Made by a program: the position numbers and the translations under genes. DNA of 48,015 nt from Macrostomum lignano. Taxonomy: Eukaryota. Below the pieces are notes generated by a model, which was not told where the DNA came from, ran no database searches, and saw only the letters and a program-made list of their open reading frames with translations. Below are positions 9,677 through 23,040 of the stretch, piece by piece. Location: the NCBI GenBank assembly GCA_002269645.1, contig NIVC01004380.1, positions 1 through 48,015 on the forward strand, given 5' to 3'. Positions within the stretch are counted from its first letter, which is position 1, and each line of letters opens with the position of its first letter.

Positions 9677-12600
9677 CCTACAATCTCTACAATCTCATCT
9701 CTCCTTTCTCCCCTCTTCTTACATCCCTCTCTTATCTCTATTATCTCTATCTCTTCTCTTCTCACTCTTCTCTCCCCCTCTTATCTTCTCTCTTCTCTAT
9801 CCTTTCTACTCTCTCCTCTCCTCTTGACCCTCTGTCATCTTCTTTCTGCTCTCTCATCTCTACTCTTTTCTCACTCTTCTCTACTCTCCTCTCATCGATC
9901 CTCTGTCTCATCTCTCCCCCCCTTCTCACCTTTACTCTTTCCTCTCCCTCCTTTCTCCCCTCCTCTCGCTTCTTCCTCCTTTCTTCTCTGCTCTCTCCTC
10001 ACCACTTGTCTCTTCTCTTATCTTCCATGTTTTCTCTTATCCCCGTCCCGCCTCTCCTCTCTTCTAATAGTCTATTCCGTCTCCTTTCCACTCTCATCTG
10101 GCCCGCACATAAGCTGGATTCTTTATCTGGCTTTTGAAGTAAAAGTCTGCCGATCACTGCTTCGAAAGCCAGTTTGTGGGACGTACTACTCTCATCGTTA
10201 TTCTCATGCTTTGATCACGTCATCTTTCTTGCCAATTTGCAGCCCTGAAAGGAATTTGTGTATCTTCAGCTCCACTGCAGTCTGCATCAGTCTAACAACC
10301 AAGGAAATACGCATTTCTTAGGCCATTTAAATTTCAAAGTACTTTTAAGAGAAACTTAAAATTTCCATGGTGTGCCTAATTTAGTAGGGTTGTATTTCAT
10401 TGCATCGCATCACCTTTTCATAAATATTTCGCTTTTACAAACCATGCTGGATTGCCTCGATTTGCCAATTGCCATCCACTGTTAAACTGCTGCAGAGTTT
10501 GCCTATACAGAGGGGAGGGCAGTGGTTAGAATTTCTCACTAAACTGTTATGGCTAAACGTAGCCTCTCGACTCTCGGGGTGCGAGAAGGCTATGAAAAAA
10601 GTTATTCCAAAACACTGTACATTTGCTATGTACATTCAGTCCTATCGCCTGACCCTTCGTCTGAGCTGGGGGAATGAGTGAGTGAGCGGCACAAACAACA
10701 GAAAAAGCAGACAAACTTCACATGCTTACAGTTTCTGTCCTGATTAAGATACAGAGTTGAGACTTTACATGTAGGCAGAAAATGAGTCAATAAAGAATTG
10801 TGTCAAATTTGAAGTCAATCGCTTCACGTGGAGCAAAACTATGGCAGCCGAAAGTTAGGCATTTTAAAACCTATTCACACCCTTTGCCAGGGATAGCGAC
10901 GTTTGCCTGCGGGACGTTTGCCAGCCGACGTTTGCCTGCGGGACGCTTGCCAGCCGACATTTGCCAGCCGACGTTTGCCAGCCGACGTTTGCCAGCGGGA
11001 CGTTTGCCAGCCGAAGTTTGCCTGCCGGACGTTTGCCAGCCGACGTTTGCCTGCGGGACGTTTGCCAGCCGACATTTGCCAGCCGACGTTTGCCAGCCGA
11101 CGTTTGCCAGCGGGACGTTTGCCAGCCGAAGTTTGCCTGCCGGACGTTTGCCTGCCGAATGTTTGCCAGCCGACGTTTGCCAGCCCACGTTTGCCAGCCG
11201 ACGTTTGCCAGCGGGACGTTTGCCAGCCGAAGTTTGCCTGCCGGACGTTTGCCTGCCGAATGTTTGCCAGCCGACGTTTGCCAGCGGGACGTTTGCCAGC
11301 CGAAGTTTGCCTGCCGGACGTTTGCCTGCCGAATGTTTGCCAGCCGACGTTTGCCAGCCGACGTTTGCCAGCCGACGTTTGCCAGCGGGACGTTTGCCAG
11401 CCGAAGTTTGCCTGCCGGACGTTTGCCTGCCGAATGTTTGCCAGCCGACGTTTGCCAGCGGGACGTTTGCCAGCCGAAGTTTGCCTGCCGGACGTTTGCC
11501 TGCCGAATGTTTGCCAGCCGACGTTTGCCAGCCGACGTTTGCCTGCCGGAAGTTTGCCAGCCAAAATTTGCTAGCCAATATAAAGCCAGTCAGTGAAAAA
11601 TTTGATACTGAAACATTCGCAGTTTAGCGGTTTGACAAAAACCGTTTTTACTCCAACTTTTTGACGGTTATTCGCATGTATACAAGTTTGAAAGCAAAAT
11701 ATATAAATTATGCAGTTCATCAGTCTAACGTCTAATATCTAGTTTAACAACGATTTTGGCACAACATATCAAAAGATGAACATTGGGTTTGCCTCGTATG
11801 AAAGCAATAACAATTGTTGTGCTGAAAAGATGAAAACTTCCTATCTCCCTATGGCCTTCAAAACATTTTTCATAGATTTCGAGTGCTGCGTACTTCTACT
11901 TTAGTAGTCCTTGGCATGACTAAGCTTTGCATACGTAGTGTCTAGCGCTTGCTATTCTACTAGCTTGCTACTGGTGGCTTGTCTGGCTTTCAGCTATATA
12001 GCTTACTATAAAAACGTACCGCATTCGACTCGTCTACACATGTACGTTGAGATCGCGGTTTCCTTGCTTACTTGAGTAGTAAAAAAACAGCATTGGAATC
12101 AATTTGCTTACTTTTAGATCTCCCAATGAACTGAGAAATATATGAGCCAGAATTACCGCTCAGCAGCTCTTTTTGTTTGCCTCATAACTTAATCGCTGGA
12201 GATTCCCGTTGTAATCTGCGCGTCTTCTTTCGCACATCAAAAATCAAACATCTCAAACTGGGAAAAACGATACACAATTGTCAAAAGTAAACAATATTTT
12301 CACATTCAAAGAAAATCGTTGTTAAACTGGATATTAGATGTAAATCTATATAAATTGCATAATTTATATAGATTTTGCATAAATTTCATAATTTATATAT
12401 TTTGCTTTCAAACTTGTATATATGCGAATAACCGTCAAAAAGTTGGAGTAAAAACGGTTTTTGTCAAACCGCTAAACTGCGAATGTTTCAGTATCAAATT
12501 TTTCACTGACTGGCTTTATATTGGCTAGCAAATTTTGGCTGGCAAACTTCCGGCAGGCAAGCGTCGGCTGGCAAACGTCGGCTGGCAAACATCCGGCAGG

Positions 12601-13358
12601 CAAACGTCGGCTGGCAAATGTCGGCTGGCAAACGTCCGACTGGCAAACGTCCCGCTGGCAAACGTCGGCTGGCAAATGTCGGCTGGCAAATGTCGGCTGG
12701 CAAATGTCGGCTGGCAAACGTCGGCTGGCAAACGTCGGCTGGCAAACGTCCCGCAGGCAAACGTCCGGCAGGCAAACTTCGGCTGGCAAACGTCCCGCTG
12801 GCAAACGTCGGCTGGCAAACGTCGGCTGGCAAACGTCCCGCAGGCAAACGTCCGGCAGGCAAACTTCGGCTGGCAAACGTCCCGCTGGCAAACGTCGGCT
12901 GGCAAACGTCGGCTGGCAAACGTCGGCTGGCAAACGTCCCGCAGGCAAACGTCGGCTGGCAAACGTCCCGCAGGCAAACGTCGTAGACCCCCTTTGCCCA
13001 GATCGGTATCGGGAAAGAGAGGCAGGCGGGCGGAGGTTGGGGTGGCTGCCTCGCTGAAAAAAACAGCCTAACTTTAAAAGTGCACAGCACCGCTCAGGAT
13101 TAACTTTGAGACTCGAAATTTTACATGATTGTGCCAAAATAGTTGATCGCGCATTTTGAGCAGTTTTTTGTACTTTTAGGCAGGAAGACTTGATTCTAGG
13201 AAATTTAAAGGTAGCCTAAGACATTCTCCGTAGTAAGTTTAGGGTGGGTGTAAAGTTTGGTGTCATTTGGTTGAGCGGTTTGGGAGTCCATAGCGAAGTA
13301 ATTTGTCCACAGACAGACAGACAGACAGACAGACAGAGTTTTGATTTTTAAATGTAGA
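9677..13358 (-). mobile_element. Non-autonomous Helitron-like unit L1 (3'-truncated), interrupted by a foldback element
   Basis: CT-rich block (9677-10090), a conserved core shared with L2, and (ACAG)n near a 5' terminus TCTACATTTAAAAATC at 13358. This layout resembles Lep1-like non-autonomous Helitrons. Confidence 0.55.
10890..12990. mobile_element. Foldback-like non-autonomous DNA transposon (2.1 kb) with long modular inverted arms
   Basis: Arms ~10890-11756 and ~12312-12990 are inverted copies built of 14-15-bp GTTTGCCAGCCGAC-type tandem repeats plus ~190 bp of unique sequence. Ends GGG...CCC. TSD cctttgcc(c)a at 10881-10889 and 12991-13000; single-copy empty site at 19160-19169. Confidence 0.85.
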
Positions 13359-13599
13359 GACAAGCTGTTGAAACCCGCGGATTTTGAACCCGGGGAATTC
13401 CATTCCCCGGAATTATTTTTGCATGTATTCTAAAATCTGAGGTAAAACTCAAACAAAAACTTGTTGCCTTGTTAATAGTTAGGTTAGAGTTAAATATAAA
13501 ATAGTGTACATTCAAGTAAAATTAGGATTTGAGGCAAACATTGATATTGTTGGCTGGGGTGCTGCGCAGAATGTCAGGCAAACTCTGGCCTCTACGTAC

Positions 13600-15050
<1,451 letters not shown>

Positions 15051-15259
15051 CATCTAACCTGCAGCCATGAGCTGGATTCTTTATCTGGCCTTTGAGATTA
15101 AAATCTGTCTTCAAAAGCCAGTTTGTGGGACTTAGTACTATCATGGTTGTTATCATTTCTCATGCTTTAATCACGTCATCTTTCTGGCCAATTAGCAGCC
15201 CTGAGAGGAATTTGTATATCTCCATTCTCCATCTCCACCACCACAGTCTGCTGTAGTCT

Positions 15260-15457
15260 TGTAGCGGGTGTTACAACTATGAAAAAGCAGATAATTGCAG
15301 TGGAACAAAAGTGTGAAGCTAGCGATAGGAAATGCCGCTCTGGCTTCTTAGCTTCGCGCTGTCGAACTGTATTTGATTATTAACAACTGCCATAGACAAT
15401 AGAAGCATACTTAGTGTTGTAGTGTTGTAGTGTCATATTAAAACACATAGTGCTATA
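15260..15457 (-). repeat. 3' LTR
   Basis: Direct repeat of 18369-18566, preceded on the sense strand by the polypurine tract. Confidence 0.95.
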
Positions 15458-15460
15458 ACT

Positions 15461-15475
15461 ACCCCCCCCCTCCCA
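15461..15475 (-). other. Polypurine tract
   Basis: GGGAGGGGGGGGG immediately upstream of the 3' LTR on the sense strand. Confidence 0.85.
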
Positions 15476-15694
15476 AAAGGAAGATAACTATATGTGCATC
15501 GGTTCGGTACAGTAACATCATGAAAACAGCATCATGCACAAACAAGAACATGTTCTTAGTGTCCGTAGGGGCACAAACCACACAAAGTTCACGCAAAAGT
15601 GACACGGCGGGGTCTCAACCTTGCTCGGATGGGCTCATCCGTATCGGAGGTCTTGGTAGGCTCATCGCGCTGGGGAGTGGGCAACCGTGCTGGT

Positions 15695-18283
15695 TTAACG
15701 CGGTCGATTGCAACGCTCGTAGGTGTTGCAGCGACCTCGCGCACGAAGAGCAGCCTTCAGAGAGCGATGTGCTCGCTCCACTAGACCATTGGCTCGGGGG
15801 TTATACGCTGAGGTTCTTATGTGATGGATGCCGAACAGCTTAGTAAACTCTTCCATGAGCTCTGCACGGAACTGGGCACCCTGGTCCGTAATGAGCGTCA
15901 GGGGTGGGCCAAAGCGTGACACCCAGGCGCTGAGGAATCCTTGAGCTACAGATGCGGCAGAGATGTCTATCAGCGGAATGGCCTCCAACCATCGGGTGTA
16001 GGCGTCGATGACTGTCAGTAGATAACGTGACTGTAGTTGACCGTTAGCCTCTGGTGGTGTTAGTGGTCCGACAATATCCATGTGTACCGTCGCGAATCGC
16101 TGAGAGGGAGTCGGTAACTGGTGTAATGGTCGGTGTACATGCTGAGTTACTTTGTTGGCTTGGCATTGTAGGCATTCCTCCGTCCAACGGCGCACATCGC
16201 GAGAGATCTCCGGCCAGAAGTAGCGATGGGTGATCAATCGACAGCTCGCCTTGACACCAGGATGGGCCAATGAATGAATCGATGTGAAGATGTGTTTTCG
16301 CAAGTCTGGTGGAACGACTGGTCGCGGATTGGGGTATGACGTTTCGCAGAGCAGTTTACAGTCAGTCAGTCCGATTTCGAACAACTTGAAAGTGCTGGAT
16401 TGCGATGGCAACGTTGAATCCAGCTGTTGAGCGCGTGCAATTGCGGGCAGGTCAAAACTGGGCAACATTTGAGTGTCTTCGTCCGTTGGGGCTATCTCAT
16501 GAGCGGCCGCGACCAGAAATTCTGATGTTGCGATGTTGACAGCGTCTTTCGAGGGACGGGACAGCGCATCAGCAACGACGTTGTCTTTACCGGCGATGTG
16601 AACCACGTCCGTGACAATCTCTGAGATTGCTGACATCTGGCGCTGCTGTCTGTCCGAGAAGCGTTCCTTGCTGCTTGCAAAGGCTCCGATAATTGGCTTG
16701 TGGTCGCAGAATACCGTCACTGTCTGGCCTTGCAGCAGGTGCTTCCATGCCTTGATGGCGGCGAAGATAGCAAGTAGCTCCCGGTCGAAGGTGCTGTATT
16801 TAGTTTCGGTGTCGGAAAGTTTTCTGGACAGAAACGCGAGAGGCGTAGAGTCGCCGTCTACGACCTGGTGCAGACAGGCACCGATCGCCATGGCACTGGC
16901 ATCCGTTGTTACTGTGAAGTTGGCCTCCGGATGCGGAAAAGCGAGAGTGACCGCGTCAGCGAGCGCGTCTTGCAGCGCCCGCCATGCCTGGTCATGTTCT
17001 GGGAGCCAACTGAAGGTGCCGTGCAAAAGTTGTCGCAGCGGGAGTAGCAGCTGTGCGTAGTGCTGAATGTGGCGTTGGTAAAAGCCGAACATGCCGAGGT
17101 ATCGCTGCAACTCCCTGCTGTCCTTGGGTGGAGGAAGAGCACGTAGGGCGTCGACTCGATCGGACAGCGGTCGGATCCCGTCTCCAGAAATCTGATGGCC
17201 CAGGAACTCGATTGTATCCTGATAGAATTGGCAATTGTGAGGGCTTACACGCAGTCCGTTGTCGCACAGGCGTTGCAGTACGGCATGTAGATGTGTCTCG
17301 TGCTCCTCGCGGCAGGTGCTGTGGATCAGAATATCGTCAATGTAGGTGACCACGAATGGCATGTCGCGGAAAATCGCGTCGACGAACCGTTGAAAGGTAC
17401 TGGCCGCGTTGCGTAGTCCAAATGGCATGCGCAGATACTCAAACGAACCGAATGGCGTGCAAACTGCAGTCTTCTCTATGTCCTCCGCCGCGATGGGTAC
17501 GAAGTGGTAAGCTTTGACAAGGTCAAGCTTACTGAAAACCCGTGACCCGTGAAGTCGATGGTGAAAGTGTCCGATGTGGGGTATCGGGTAGCGATCTGGC
17601 TTGGTTACTGCGTTGAGTGCGCGGTAGTCGCCGCAGGGACGCCACGAGCCGTCCTTTTTCTTCACCATGTGAAGAGGGGACGCCCATGGACTGGCGGAAG
17701 GTCGCACGATGCCGAGCTGCAGCAGTTGGTCAAACTCCGCCTTCGCTGCGTCGAACTTGGCTGGAGGGAGCGGACGAGGTCGGCAGAATAGCGGCTTGCT
17801 GTCGGTAATTATCTGGTGGCTGACTGTGCTAGACGAAGGTGCGGACGAATAGTCTGGGGCTTCTGCTAGCTGCGGGAAAGCATCAAGGGGTGTCGCTAAC
17901 ACTTCCGATGTTGCTAGCACCTGTGGGGCTGAGTCTGCTGTTGCTTGAAGAGCTGCATGAAGTTGAGTAGTCGGGTCATGCAGACGTCTGTTCCGCATGT
18001 CAATAAGGAGACCGAACTTAGCCAGGAAGTCGGCTCCCAGAATCGGCGGTGTATCAGCAACGATGAAGTTCGCGGGAAACAGGCGGCGTAGCTCTGGGAC
18101 TGCGACAGACAGTGAGCACTGACCGAGAGTACTAAATTCGCGACCATCGACGCTGCGTAGCCGGACCTGCGTGGGTGCCAGCAGGTGGCGAGGTGCAAGG
18201 TCCAAAGGCAGCAGGGAGCGCTCAGCACCGGTGTCCACAACAAAACGAACCGTTTTTCCGAACAATTTACAGGGTAACAACAA
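15695..18283 (-). CDS. pol: Gypsy pol: protease-RT-RNase H-integrase (integrase C-terminal part internally deleted)
   Basis: VVDTGAE; [29 protein letters not shown]; [25 protein letters not shown]; HHCC (HSLAHPG..CLQC); [22 protein letters not shown]. The C-terminal [14 protein letters not shown] follows in another frame. Confidence 0.95.
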   Translation of the reverse strand: MLLPCKLFGKTVRFVVDTGAERSLLPLDLAPRHLLAPTQVRLRSVDGREFSTLGQCSLSVAVPELRRLFPANFIVADTPPILGADFLAKFGLLIDMRNRRLHDPTTQLHAALQATADSAPQVLATSEVLATPLDAFPQLAEAPDYSSAPSSSTVSHQIITDSKPLFCRPRPLPPAKFDAAKAEFDQLLQLGIVRPSASPWASPLHMVKKKDGSWRPCGDYRALNAVTKPDRYPIPHIGHFHHRLHGSRVFSKLDLVKAYHFVPIAAEDIEKTAVCTPFGSFEYLRMPFGLRNAASTFQRFVDAIFRDMPFVVTYIDDILIHSTCREEHETHLHAVLQRLCDNGLRVSPHNCQFYQDTIEFLGHQISGDGIRPLSDRVDALRALPPPKDSRELQRYLGMFGFYQRHIQHYAQLLLPLRQLLHGTFSWLPEHDQAWRALQDALADAVTLAFPHPEANFTVTTDASAMAIGACLHQVVDGDSTPLAFLSRKLSDTETKYSTFDRELLAIFAAIKAWKHLLQGQTVTVFCDHKPIIGAFASSKERFSDRQQRQMSAISEIVTDVVHIAGKDNVVADALSRPSKDAVNIATSEFLVAAAHEIAPTDEDTQMLPSFDLPAIARAQQLDSTLPSQSSTFKLFEIGLTDCKLLCETSYPNPRPVVPPDLRKHIFTSIHSLAHPGVKASCRLITHRYFWPEISRDVRRWTEECLQCQANKVTQHVHRPLHQLPTPSQRFATVHMDIVGPLTPPEANGQLQSRYLLTVIDAYTRWLEAIPLIDISAASVAQGFLSAWVSRFGPPLTLITDQGAQFRAELMEEFTKLFGIHHIRTSAYNPRANGLVERAHRSLKAALRARGRCNTYERCNRPR

Positions 18284-18352
18284 GGAAGCGGCCTCGTTGA
18301 GGTCATGGCTCGGCCCTGGCGCATGACCTACGCGTTTGTTGGACTGGCAGCG

Positions 18353-18365
18353 CGCTCTGCTACCA
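18353..18365 (-). other. Primer-binding site, initiator-Met tRNA type
   Basis: TGGTAGCAGAGCG, 3 nt after the 5' LTR. Confidence 0.8.
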
Positions 18366-18368
18366 CTT

Positions 18369-18566
18369 TGTAGCGGGTGCTACAACTATGAAAAAGCAGA
18401 TAATTGCAGTGGAACAAAAGTGTGAAGCTAGCGATAGGAAATGCCGCTCTGGCTTCTTAGCTTCGCGCTGTCGAACTGTATTTGATTATTAACAACTGCC
18501 ATAGACAATAGAAGCATACTTAGTGTTGTAGTGTTGTAGTGTTATATTAAAACACATAGTGCTATA
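18369..18566 (-). repeat. 5' LTR
   Basis: Direct repeat of 15260-15457, followed on the sense strand by the PBS. Confidence 0.95.
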
Positions 18567-20074
18567 GTCTAACAACCAAGGAAATACGCATTTCTTAGGA
18601 GCCATTTAAATATTTAAGTTACCTTATGCGAATCTTAATGTTAAAAGCTTCATGCTGTAACTAACTAATTTAGTAGGATTGCATTGTAATCAGTTATTCA
18701 TTAATTTTTCGCTATTTTTACAAACCATCCCACTTTGTCATGACTTTTGATTTGCCATCCACTGTTAAACTGCTGCAGACTTGTGTCTATACAGAGGACA
18801 GTGGTTTGAATCTCTCGCTAAACTGTCTCTCCTCTCTACGCCTCTCCACTCTCGGGGTGCAGAGAAGGCTATAAATAAAGTTATTCCAAAACACTGTACA
18901 TTCGCTATCTACATTGAGCCCTATCGCCTAACCCTTCGTCTGGGCTGGGGGAATGAGTGAGTGAGCGGCACAAACAACAGAAAAAGCAGACAAACTTCAC
19001 ATGCTTACAGTTTCTGTTCTGGTTGAGATACAGAGTTGAGACTTTATATTTGGACAGAGAATAAGTCAATGAAGAATTGTGTCAAGTTTGAAGTCAATCA
19101 CTTCACGTGAAGCAAACGTATGGCAGCCCAAAGTTAGTCATTTAAAAACCTATTCACACCCTTTGCCCAGATCGGGAAAGAGAGGCAGGCGGGCGGAGGT
19201 TGGGATGGCTGCCTCGCTGAAAAAAACAGCCTAAATTTAAAAGTGCACAGCGGCTTTCAGGATTAACTTTGAGATTTGAAATTATACACGATTGTGTCAA
19301 AATAGTTGAAAATTGTCTGTGTTAAATTTAAAGAGAATCGGTAGAAGTGGAGCGGCGCTATGGAGGATTTAGTGAAAAAATCGCGCATTTTAAGCAGTTT
19401 TTTGTACTTTTAGGTAGGAAGACTTGAGTCTAGGAAATTAAAAGGTAGCCTAAGACATTCTCCGTAGTGAGTTTAGGGTGGGTGTAAAATTTGGTGTCAT
19501 TTGGTTGAGCGGTTTGGGAGTCCATAGCGATCAAAATTGTCCACACACAGACACACAGACAGAGTTTTGATTTTTATAGGTATAGACGAGTGGAACTCCT
19601 CCTTTCGGAGGAGAAAGGGGAAGAACTCCCATCACCGGAATTCCATTCCCTGAAATCCATCAGCTGAATCTCATGACCTCTCTGTGAAACTGAAATCCAT
19701 TCAAGTCTTCGTCCTGAAATTGACATCTATTAAAATCCCCTCTATCAAACTGTTAGATTTATTCAAACAGATGTATTTATTTTATATAAGCAGATACATA
19801 GACTTTAGTTTAACAGCTGCCCCAACCAAAATGTGCCAGTTCACCTGCCCTTTTAATAGCTGCAATTTGTGCCACTGTAAGTGCAATGCAATGGAAATAA
19901 TTCGAATAAAGCAAACATATTTATTTAGCACTTAAAGCTTTATTTTATTAGACGACACAATCCGGCAGCAACTTATCAAAGTTAAAAAGCATTGAGAGCC
20001 ATAAATCGGAGTACACTACAATAAAAAAGCCATCGGAAATGATCTTGGATTATTTCACTGAATAAAGCACAGCG

Positions 20075-20256
20075 CAGGCGCCGCGGAATAGGGGGGGGGC
20101 TGACATTGAGTTGGGGGGGGGCATTGCCCCCCTCAAATACCGTTCAACAGCATAATTTTGCTCAAATTTTTGGTCACTGTCCAAGACAGGGTCTGGGCTT
20201 GAGTTTCGGAAACTTGGTCCTGCCCCCCCTGGCAAAAACTCGTTCCGCGGCGCCTG
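20075..20256. mobile_element. hAT-type MITE (182 bp)
   Basis: 14-bp perfect TIRs CAGGCGCCGCGGAA / TTCCGCGGCGCCTG; 8-bp TSD gcacagcg at 20067-20074 and 20257-20264. Confidence 0.88.
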
Positions 20257-20666
20257 GCACAGCGTCATTGAATAAAGCATAGATCAAGGCGTCTGTTGAT
20301 TAAAATCGGAGCACAGCAAAAACAGCACTGGGGACACAAAAAGCGACTGACCAACACTGTAGCCAAGCTGAAGAACAAAAAAGGAGGTGCGATTTCCTGC
20401 AAGCCCTATTGTATGAAGACAATAATTTTAAGTGTTACAGTTACAAAAGTTCATGAGTTAATGAAATTAGTTATCTTTATTTTTAAGCATTTGTCGAGTT
20501 AAATGTTTTAATTTTGAAAACCTATGAAATTCTTATTTAATACAGATGCTCGTATACAGTAGATATTAAAATGAAATATATTACGTGTTACGTATATATC
20601 AGATAGTCTTTCACTCACTCTTCCTTGGGCCACCGACCCCACAGTCATGTGCTACTCGCGACGATT

Positions 20667-21473
20667 AGTGACCAGCCAGACACGAAGAGACACATTGAGA
20701 CAATTGGCGAGCAAGGCGAGCAACGCGCGGGAGGCGCACAGCGAAAAAGCGACCTCCAAGCTATGTATTTTACGAGTATAACGAGTTACAAGCAAAAAAT
20801 TGAGATAAAAGCAGAAATTGAATTAAAAAAAAACTCAAGCGGAGAGCTGCGCGCAAATTGAGTCAGAAAACGCGGTGAGAGGCTCACCTAAAAAGGCTAG
20901 CAGGCGGAGGGGGGGTGGGGGCCAGCCCCCACCCCACACAGATGCACAGAGACAGCAAAGGGGGCGGGCTGATCACTAAAGCCGGTTTGCACAGGCGCAA
21001 GCACCCATGCAAACCAAAGCATTAGTGACCAGCCAGACACGAAGAGACACATTGAGACAATTGGCGAGCAAGGCGAGCAACGCGCGGGAGGCGCACAGCG
21101 AAAAAGCGACCTCCAAGCTATGTATTTTACGAGTATAACGAGTTACAAGCAAAAAATTGAGATAAAAGCAGAAATTGAATTAAAAAAAACTCAAGCGGAG
21201 AGCTGCGCGCAAATTGAGTCAGAAAACGCGGTGAGAGGCTCACCTAAAAAGGCTAGCAGGCGGAGGGGGGGGGTGGGGGCCAGCCCCCACCCCACACAGA
21301 TGCACAGAGACAGCAAAGGGGGCGGGCTGATCACTAAAGCCGGTTTGCACAGGCGCAAGCACCCATGCAAACCAAAGCATTAGTGACCAGCCAGACACGA
21401 AGAGACACATTGAGACAATTGGCGAGCAAGGCGAGCAACGCGCGGGAGGCGCTCAGCGAAAAAGCGACCTCCA
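20667..21473 (-). repeat. 3' split-repeat block, ~2.3 copies of a 357-358-bp unit
   Basis: ttagtgaccagcc recurs at 20665, 21022 and 21380; the A segment is repeated again at 23659-23854. Confidence 0.95.
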
Positions 21474-21514
21474 AACCCAAAGCAAGCAAGCAAACAAAAG
21501 CAGAAGGCGAGGAG

Positions 21515-22470
21515 CTAAAACAAAGCAGAGACACCACCGGCAAAAGTCACAGCAGCCTCCGCTGCCTGGTGAAACTGGGGGAGATAACGCTGCACAGCCT
21601 CACTTCTCCAGTCACCAATGCGCATGATATCAGACACTGGGAGGCCTAGCACAGACGCCCAGGTAGCTCCTCCTCGTCGCAGACTGTGCGCGGAGTAAGA
21701 TCCTGGTCGAACGCCGGCTGCGGCAAACTTGTCACGGAGGAAGCAGTCCAGGTGCCTCCCAGTCAGCAGGCGCAAGCCGCCACTTCCGTCGGCGTAGGAC
21801 CAGAGCGGTGACTCTGCTGACTTCAACCCGTTGGCGCGGATGTGTCGCTCGACTGCGCTCACAGGGCACAGGGCTGGCTGCCGCGCCAATCTCGGCAGCA
21901 GTACCCGGTGACTGCGCTCCTTAAACTGGATGGTCTTGCCGAACTCGCAGCGCAACACCAGACCCTTCGGATGCTGAAGCAGGTCGGCGCGCCGGGAAAG
22001 GGCCGGGCCTTTGCCAGTTCGCGGCAGAAGGCTGGACTTTCGCAACATTCCCCACCAGCAGCAGATGGTCACAGCCCAGCAGGCCAGCTGCAGCCTGTCG
22101 GTCTCGTCAACTAGTCGTCGCATCTCCGTCAGCATTGTAGGTGACACAGGCCGCTTTCGGTTCACGCGCAGTCCGAGGACCCGTTTAGCGCCGCGTAGGA
22201 GAAGAACCGCTGAAGCGTGCTTAGTCAGGTCCGGCGACGAGTTTATTCGAAACCAGAGCGACAGAGAGCTGCAGACTGCCGAGATGCTGCTGTAGGCATG
22301 TAGCCGTGTGCCGATCAGACTGGCCAAATAGTTCAGCAGGCTCGTGACGTTGCAGGACACTGGATCGCAGCCGGTATGGCGGCAGAACTCCTGCCACTCA
22401 CGGATGTGTCTATTGACTGCCTGCGCCGACCGCGGTGCGTACGCAGCGCTCAGCAGCGATGTAGCGCGGC
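21515..22470 (-). CDS. Tyrosine recombinase (DIRS/Ngaro type)
   Basis: CWWGMLRKSSLL, YSAHSLRRGGATW, IGDWRSEAVQRY. The frame stays open upstream of the annotated 22360 start (AYAPRSAQAVNRHIREWQEFC), overlapping the end of RNase H. Confidence 0.92.
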
Positions 22471-23040
22471 TGCTAAGAGAGTCTGACGCAGCTGGGCGGC
22501 CTGAAAATGAAGAAAGGAGGCGGTCGCCAAGCCAAAAGCATGCTGATGCAGTGATTGTAGAATGCTAGGACAAATAAAACCATAACAGCGGAGTAAAAAG
22601 TTTAACAGCTGGCCTCGCTCGTGCAACCGCGAGGCAGCGTCAGCAAAAATTTGAAAATCACCAGGCACATGAAACGCGCGAATGCTCATTCCAAAACGCA
22701 AACACATCAGAGCCACCGTCTGCAGCAGCCGCTGCAACGCAGGACACTTTGAAACGCCTTTGTTGATGATGTGACAGGCCGTCTGGTTGTCGCAGTAGAT
22801 GCTCACCTTGCAACCTTTGAGCACATCCCTCCACCTCATCACTGCCAGCAGAGGGGCCAACGCTTCCTTGTAGTTGATCGGCAGGTCAGCGAAGACAGAT
22901 CCTGCATCCTTCTCCCAGTCCAGGTAGCATCAGTCAAACAGACCATCCTGGTCACGCAGCAGCGCCGCACCACCTCTGCCGCACGCATCGGATTCCATCG
23001 CCACAACTCGATTGTAGCTCGGCCACAGCTGCAGCTTCAA
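22450..23040 (-). pseudogene. DIRS-type RNase H, with an internal stop; RT absent
   Basis: ESDAC..D*CYLDW..INYKEAL..IYCDNQ..HVPG..ADAASR; joined directly to truncated gag sequence. Confidence 0.85.

Larger units (their letters stand above)
1..9677. mobile_element. Endogenous PolB-encoding DNA virus-like element (Maverick/Polinton/adintovirus-like), partial, with intron-containing genes
   Basis: Dense cluster of PolB N-terminus, TBP-like/dNK, SSB-like, TM and gag-like ORFs with a composition unlike the CT-rich repeats to the right. The element runs off the left edge. No capsid, integrase or TIR is visible in the window, so the family call rests on the PolB architecture. Confidence 0.72.
15260..18566 (-). 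mobile_element. Ty3/Gypsy LTR retrotransposon, internally deleted (no gag), recent insertion
   Basis: 198-bp LTRs at 15260-15457 and 18369-18566 with 2 mismatches; 4-bp TSD gtct (15256-15259 / 18567-18570); empty site at 10290-10293; PBS and PPT present. Confidence 0.95.

Noticed and set aside
9600-9700. Maverick TIR / 6-bp TSD at the right end of the virus-like region
   Set aside because: No ACTACT-type terminus is seen, and the other end is outside the window.
10800-13137. Six-frame 180-275-aa repetitive ORFs
   Set aside because: Translation of 14/15-bp tandem repeats that lack stops in most frames.
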